DNA of 64,000 nucleotides from NCBI RefSeq assembly GCF_044324875.1, contig NZ_CP172185.1; one strand, written 5' to 3'. The DNA is from Escherichia coli. Its GTDB lineage: Bacteria > Pseudomonadota > Gammaproteobacteria > Enterobacterales > Enterobacteriaceae. Both the position numbers and the translations under genes were made by a program. Of this stretch, positions 56,116 to 64,000 are shown piece by piece. Position 1 is the first letter of the stretch. Every line of letters begins with the position of its first letter. The notes under the pieces were generated by a model. That model was not told where the DNA came from and searched no databases. It was given only the letters and a program-made list of their open reading frames with translations.

Positions 56116-56712
56116 TTACTGCAACTGTGCGGCAATTAGCGGCCAGCGGGCGTCAAAATCATCCGTCGGGCGGTATTTAAACTCGCTGCGGACAAAGCGT
56201 GACAGCATACCTTCACAGAAGGCCAGGATCTGGCTTGCCAGCAGGGTTTCATCGGTGGTGTAACCTTCACCCTCACGCATTCTCTTTTCGCGCAATACCT
56301 GACGCAACTGCGCTTCAATACGCTCGAACAGCTGGTTGATGCGCCCTTGCAGGCGATCCTGTTCAAACATTAGTGCATGACCAGTGAGGATGCGAGTCAG
56401 GCCAGGATTACGCTCACCAAAACCGAGAAGCAGCAACACAATCAGACGCAGGCGCGCTGTGGTGTCCTTCTCATCTTTCAGAATCAGATTGATGCGAGTA
56501 ATCAGGCTATCTTCGATAAACTCAATCAGGCTATCGAACATGCGGGTCTTACTGGGGAAGTGGCGATACAGTGCCGCTTCGGAAACGCCGACAGAGGCGG
56601 CCAGTTTTGCCGTCGTGATACGTTGGCTTCCATCGCTGGATTCCAGCATCAGCGCCAGAGACTGAAGTATTTCCTCGCGACGGTTCCTTTTCGCAGTTTG
56701 TTTTTCTGCCAT
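56116..56712 (-). CDS. slmA: Nucleoid occlusion factor SlmA (TetR family)
   Basis: 198 aa from [52 protein letters not shown]. Confidence 0.95.
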
Positions 56713-56818
56713 GTTACAAAATACCCCTGAAAATAAGCACTTGCCAGGCGGCACCCACGCTATGACCGCAAACGAAATGTTTGCGGCTATGTTATGACGT
56801 TATTCGGATGCGTATGTG

Positions 56819-57274
56819 TTACTGACGACCAGAGTGACCAAAGCCGCCTTCACCGCGGTCGGTGGCGTCGAAATCTTCCACCAGATTAAATTCAGCCTGT
56901 ACTACCGGAACAAAAATCATCTGGGCGATGCGTTCACCAGGTTGAATGGTGAAGCTGTCCTGACCACGGTTCCACACGGAAATCATTAACTGGCCCTGAT
57001 AGTCGGAATCGATCAATCCTACCAGGTTACCAAGCACGATACCGTGCTTATGTCCCAATCCGGAGCGCGGCAGCATCATTGCCGCCAGTGAAGGATCGGC
57101 AATATGAATCGCCAGCCCGGTCGGAACCAGCGTAGTGTCACCCGGAGCCAGTTCTACGGCGTCGTCGAGACAGGCACGCAGGTCAAGTCCGGCAGAGCCA
57201 GAGGTGGCATAAGTCGGGAGCGGAAATTCCTTCCCAACGCGCGGGTCCAGAATCTTAACGTCGATTTTTTTCAT
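56819..57274 (-). CDS. dut: dUTPase
   Basis: 151 aa [35 protein letters not shown]. Confidence 0.95.
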
Positions 57275-58475
57275 CATAACGGGTCACGATCTCGTCGAGT
57301 AATAATTGGCCAAGGAGCTCTTTGCGCTCAAGCGGTAAGACTTTATCTCCGTCCTGCCAGAAAAGGTGTAATGCGTTGTTGTCGCTGTTAAATCCTTGAG
57401 TTGGCTGGGAAACATCGTTCGCGCAGATCAGATCAAGGTTTTTACGGATACGTTTTTGCCGGGCGTATTCTTCCACATTATTTGTTTCGGCGGCAAATCC
57501 AACGACGTAGGGTCGATGGTCTTTTAGTGCGGCAACGCCTGCGACGATATCGGGGTTTTTAACCATTTTTATTGTTAATTCATCACCCTGCGTGGCCTGC
57601 TTTTTGATTTTTTCTGGGGCCACGGTAGCTGCGCGATAATCCGCCACGGCGGCGCAACCGATAAAAATATTTTGCTGCTGTACAGAAGCATTCACGGCGG
57701 CTTCCATTTCCAGCGCGGTCATCACATCAACACGTTTAACAAACGGTGGCGTCGGTAGTGAAACTGGACCTGATACCAGCGTGACGTTCGCGCCACGACG
57801 GGCAGCAGCGGCGGCGATAGCAAAACCCATCTTGCCGGAGCTGTGATTAGAGATATAACGCACCGGATCGAGCGGTTCACGCGTCGGGCCGGCGGTAATC
57901 ATAATGTTCAGATGTTTCAGGTCGTTGACGGGCGAAAAATGCGCTACTGCCATATCCACAATGGTTAACGGATCGAGCATTCGCCCAGGACCGATATCAC
58001 CACAAGCCTGACTGCCACTGTCTGGCCCCCAGATGAGCAAACCACGGGAAGCAAGCACCTCTAAATTATGCTGCGTGGCAGCGGCACGGTACATCTGCTG
58101 GTTCATGGCGGGGAGCACGGCTACAGGCGCAGGTGTAGCCAGACAAATCGTCGATACCAGGTCATTCGCCATTCCGGCAGCAACACGGGCAATCAAATCT
58201 GCCGTGGCAGGGGCGAGAATCACTAAATCAGCCCATTTACCCAGCTCAATATGGCCCATAGCGGCTTCGGCTGCCGGGTCCAGCAAACTGTCGGAAACGG
58301 GATAACCAGAAACCGCCTGCAAGCTAAGTGGGGTGATAAAGGCTTTTGCCGCTTCGGTCATGGCTACGCGGACGTCGGCCCCGCGATCGCGCAAACGACG
58401 CACCAGTTCAGGGGTTTTATAGGCAGCAATACCGCCGCTGACGCCGAGAACGATTTTTTTACCGGCCAGGCTCAT
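57255..58475 (-). CDS. coaBC: Phosphopantothenoylcysteine decarboxylase / synthetase (CoaBC)
   Basis: 406 aa from [28 protein letters not shown]. The ORF has an upstream extension. Its 3' end overlaps the dut start. Confidence 0.95.
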
Positions 58476-58646
58476 GATGATTTTTCCTGTTTGGTGACAC
58501 CAGAAGTTGGCGATTTTATCACAATACTTTTGTTGTCGTGCCTTCACCTGAGAATCACTTTGCGAGGCGCTTTCCAGGATTGAAAACTGGCCGTCGATTT
58601 AACGGAACGGCTATGACAGGATGCGAGCACCACAAAGGAGGTGAAG

Positions 58647-59315
58647 GTGAAAAACAATTCACAGCTGTTGATGCCGCGCGAAAAAATGCTGAAGTTTGGT
58701 ATTAGCGCCTTAACGGATGTCGAGCTGCTGGCGCTATTTCTGCGTACCGGAACGCGCGGTAAAGATGTATTAACCCTGGCAAAAGAGATGCTGGAGAATT
58801 TCGGCTCTCTTTATGGCTTGTTAACCTCTGAATATGAACAATTTAGTGGCGTTCATGGAATTGGCGTGGCGAAATTTGCCCAGTTAAAGGGGATTGCTGA
58901 ACTGGCGCGGCGTTACTACAACGTGCGGATGCGTGAAGAAAGCCCTTTACTCAGCCCGGAGATGACGAGGGAATTTTTACAAAGCCAGCTCACGGGTGAG
59001 GAGCGGGAGATCTTTATGGTGATCTTTCTCGACTCCCAACACCGGGTTATAACGCATAGCCGCCTTTTTTCCGGCACGCTAAACCATGTTGAAGTCCATC
59101 CTCGGGAAATTATCCGCGAAGCGATAAAAATAAATGCCTCGGCGCTGATCCTTGCACATAATCACCCTTCGGGTTGTGCTGAACCCAGTAAAGCGGATAA
59201 ACTCATTACTGAACGGATAATAAAGAGTTGTCAGTTCATGGATTTACGCGTGCTCGACCATATCGTGATTGGGCGTGGAGAGTATGTTTCTTTTGCCGAA
59301 CGCGGCTGGATTTAA
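58647..59315 (+). CDS. yicR: JAB/MPN-domain protein YicR (formerly RadC)
   Basis: 222 aa from (V)[31 protein letters not shown] with the HNHPSG JAMM motif. A GTG start follows an aggagg ribosome-binding site. Confidence 0.85.
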   Translation: MKNNSQLLMPREKMLKFGISALTDVELLALFLRTGTRGKDVLTLAKEMLENFGSLYGLLTSEYEQFSGVHGIGVAKFAQLKGIAELARRYYNVRMREESPLLSPEMTREFLQSQLTGEEREIFMVIFLDSQHRVITHSRLFSGTLNHVEVHPREIIREAIKINASALILAHNHPSGCAEPSKADKLITERIIKSCQFMDLRVLDHIVIGRGEYVSFAERGWI

Positions 59316-59510
59316 CCCGCTATGCGCGATCCTTCGGGATCTTTGTCTGTTCGGGACTTGAGCACATCGCTGAGTCAGCGTATACTACGCCACCTTTGAG
59401 AATCTCGGGTTTGGCATTTGGGCCTGGCAATCGAGAGTTCACATAGAACTGCGATGACCGGGCTGTAAAGCCTGACGAGGCGCCAATACCCCATACGAAG
59501 CTCGAGCTAA

Positions 59511-59768
<258 letters not shown>

Positions 59769-59785
59769 GTACTTAGAGGAAATAA

Positions 59786-59956
<171 letters not shown>

Positions 59957-59980
59957 TTCTCGCTTTGATGTAACGAAAAA

Positions 59981-60003
59981 CCTCGCTCCGGCGGGGTTTT
60001 TTG
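59981..60003 (+). terminator. Rho-independent terminator after rpmBG
   Basis: cctcgctccggcgggg (stem with one G-U pair) followed by ttttttgtt. Confidence 0.75.
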
Positions 60004-60053
60004 TTATCTGCTTACCCCCATATTGATTGCATCTGTTCATTCCTGGAGATGCT

Positions 60054-60863
60054 ATGCCTGAATTACCCGAAGTTGAAACCAGCCGTCGCGGCATAGAACC
60101 GCATCTCGTTGGTGCAACCATTCTTCATGCGGTGGTGCGCAACGGACGCTTGCGCTGGCCGGTTTCAGAAGAGATTTACCGATTAAGTGATCAACCAGTG
60201 CTTAGCGTGCAGCGGCGGGCTAAATATCTGCTGCTGGAGCTGCCGGAGGGCTGGATTATCATTCATTTGGGGATGTCTGGCAGCCTGCGCATCCTTCCAG
60301 AAGAATTTCCCCCTGAAAAGCATGACCATGTTGATTTGGTGATGAGCAACGGTAAAGTGCTGCGCTACACCGATCCGCGCCGCTTTGGTGCCTGGCTGTG
60401 GACCAAAGAGCTGGAAGGGCATAATGTGCTGGCCCATCTTGGACCGGAGCCGCTTAGCGACGATTTCAACGGTGAGTACCTGCATCAGAAGTGCGCGAAG
60501 AAAAAAACGGCGATTAAACCGTGGCTGATGGATAACAAGCTGGTGGTAGGCGTAGGGAATATCTATGCCAGCGAATCTCTGTTTGCGGCGGGGATCCATC
60601 CGGATCGGCTGGCGTCATCACTGTCGCTGGCAGAGTGTGAATTGTTAACTCAGGTGATTAAAGCGGTGTTGCTGCGTTCGATTGAGCAGGGCGGTACAAC
60701 GCTGAAAGATTTTCTGCAAAGCGACGGTAAACCGGGCTATTTCGCTCAAGAATTGCAGGTTTACGGGCGAAAAGGCGAGCCGTGTCGGGTGTGCGGTACG
60801 CCGATTGTGGCGACTAAACATGCGCAGCGGGCAACGTTTTATTGTCGGCAGTGCCAGAAGTAA
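60054..60863 (+). CDS. mutM: Formamidopyrimidine-DNA glycosylase
   Basis: 269 aa from [13 protein letters not shown] and ending with the zinc finger CxxC...CxxC. Confidence 0.95.
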   Translation: MPELPEVETSRRGIEPHLVGATILHAVVRNGRLRWPVSEEIYRLSDQPVLSVQRRAKYLLLELPEGWIIIHLGMSGSLRILPEEFPPEKHDHVDLVMSNGKVLRYTDPRRFGAWLWTKELEGHNVLAHLGPEPLSDDFNGEYLHQKCAKKKTAIKPWLMDNKLVVGVGNIYASESLFAAGIHPDRLASSLSLAECELLTQVIKAVLLRSIEQGGTTLKDFLQSDGKPGYFAQELQVYGRKGEPCRVCGTPIVATKHAQRATFYCRQCQK

Positions 60864-60901
60864 TTCATGCGCGCCGGATGGCGTACCATCCGGCATAAAC
60901 G

Positions 60902-62666
<1,765 letters not shown>

Positions 62667-63017
62667 AGTAAATAGCTGACTTATGGATGTGCTGGGGATT
62701 CTATGTATTTAGCTGTGGCTTTACCATTACTTTTCCCGTTTTTGACTTAAATAGCAATTTAGCCGCCAATTCTTGCTGAACATCTATACTTTTTTTGTAT
62801 TTTTATGCGTTTCATTGATTTCTGCAGTACGTGCAGGAAGGAATCGCAGAGCAACAGTGAAAGAATATGGTTGCTAATGATTTTATTTGATTGATTTCTT
62901 TATTGAAAATCAACAATGTGCTTAAAAATCATTCGGGTCGGATTGCCGCGAAAGAAGTGATACACTAGCGCGTCAATATCAGTGCGGTATCAGTATTCAG
63001 GTAGCTGTTGAGCCTGG

Positions 63018-63029
63018 GGCGGTAGCGTG
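63018..63029 (+). promoter_or_regulatory. ops element (RfaH-dependent antitermination signal) within the JUMPStart region of the waaQ leader
   Basis: ggcggtagcgtg matches the ops consensus GGCGGTAGnnTG, ~50 bp upstream of the waaQ start. Confidence 0.75.
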
Positions 63030-63078
63030 CTTTTTCTGCTTCACCTTAATCGGATAATCTCAACAAAAAGAGTTACTT

Positions 63079-64000
63079 GTGGATAAGCCATTTCGAAGAA
63101 TTTTGCTCATTAAGATGCGTTTTCATGGGGATATGTTATTAACTACTCCCGTCATTAGTTCGCTGAAAAAAAATTACCCTGACGCAAAAATCGATGTGCT
63201 GCTTTATCAGGACACCATCCCGATCCTATCTGAAAATCCAGAGATTAACGCGCTCTACGGCATAAAAAATAAAAAAGCAAAAGCCGCAGAAAAAATTGCC
63301 AACTTTTTTCATCTCATCAAGGTATTACGTGCCAATAAGTATGACCTTATCGTTAATCTTACCGAACAATGGATGGTTGCTATACTGGTTCGCTTATTAA
63401 ATGCCCGTGTGAAAATTTCCCAGGATTATCATCATCGGCAGTCTGCTTTTTGGCGTAATAGTTTCACTCATTTGGTGCCGTTGCAGGGTGGAAATGTGGT
63501 GGAAAGTAACTTATCCGTGCTGACACCATTGGGACTTGATTCGTTGGTGAAGCAGACAACCATGAGTTACCCGCCTGCAAGCTGGAAACGTATGCGTCGC
63601 GAACTTGATCACGCTGGTGTTGGACAAAATTATGTGGTTATCCAACCTACGGCGCGGCAAATCTTCAAATGTTGGGACAACGCCAAGTTTTCCGCTGTGA
63701 TTGATGCCTTACATGCTCGTGGTTATGAAGTCGTTCTGACGTCCGGCCCAGATAAAGACGATCTGGCCTGCGTCAATGAAATTGCGCAGGGATGCCAGAC
63801 GCCACCAGTAACGGCGCTGGCTGGAAAGGTGACCTTCCCGGAACTTGGTGCGTTAATCGATCATGCGCAGCTGTTTATTGGCGTTGATTCCGCACCGGCG
63901 CATATTGCCGCTGCAGTTAATACGCCGCTGATATCGCTGTTTGGTGCGACAGACCATATTTTCTGGCGTCCATGGTCAAATAACATGATTCAATTCTGGG
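63079..64000 (+). CDS. waaQ: LPS heptosyltransferase III, 5' part (continues beyond the window)
   Basis: Begins (V)DKPFRRILLIKMRFHGDMLLTTPVISSLKKNYPDAKIDVLLYQDT, which is GT9 family. The GTG start at 63079 is uncertain. Confidence 0.85.
   Translation, partial: MDKPFRRILLIKMRFHGDMLLTTPVISSLKKNYPDAKIDVLLYQDTIPILSENPEINALYGIKNKKAKAAEKIANFFHLIKVLRANKYDLIVNLTEQWMVAILVRLLNARVKISQDYHHRQSAFWRNSFTHLVPLQGGNVVESNLSVLTPLGLDSLVKQTTMSYPPASWKRMRRELDHAGVGQNYVVIQPTARQIFKCWDNAKFSAVIDALHARGYEVVLTSGPDKDDLACVNEIAQGCQTPPVTALAGKVTFPELGALIDHAQLFIGVDSAPAHIAAAVNTPLISLFGATDHIFWRPWSNNMIQFW

Overview
The window reads as an Escherichia coli chromosome segment, most likely from a B2/ExPEC/APEC-like strain. All calls rest on reading the six-frame translations and the DNA directly; there were no database hits.

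Positions 1-27.8 kb are a degraded, mosaic genomic island inserted at tRNA-Sec (selC, 27795-27889, minus strand). A P4-type integrase lies immediately downstream of selC. The island carries:
- a LacI + MFS transporter + GH31 glycosidase carbohydrate module;
- a complete fructooligosaccharide (fos-like) utilisation operon with a divergent LacI regulator;
- a nest of insertion sequences: an IS5 remnant cut by an IS1 that is itself split by an IS66-family element flanked by an 8-bp duplication, an IS2 inside an IS3-family remnant, and IS100 at the window edge;
- several decayed genes: an aldo-keto-reductase fragment, a frameshifted MFS transporter, and a restriction/helicase-like nuclease C-terminal fragment sitting inside a solitary Tn3-type 38-bp inverted repeat.

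From 27.9 kb onward the window is conserved K-12-like backbone: yicJ, yicI, yicH, xanP, gltS, recG, trmH, spoT, rpoZ, gmk, ligB, yicG, dinD, yicC, rph (intact), pyrE, slmA, dut, coaBC, yicR, rpmB, rpmG, mutM, coaD, waaA and the start of waaQ. The one exception is a 7-kb insertion between yicI and yicH with no mobility genes. It encodes a PRD-type regulator, a fructose-family PTS EIIA/EIIB/EIIC, two tandem class II ketose-bisphosphate aldolases, a ROK kinase and a cupin sugar isomerase (a frz-like operon).

Regulatory sites recognisable from sequence are the dinD LexA box, the rph-pyrE attenuator hairpin, the ops/JUMPStart element upstream of waaQ, a PurR-like box upstream of xanP, a candidate operator palindrome in the fos promoter, and several rho-independent terminators.

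No CRISPR array was found and selC is the only RNA gene.
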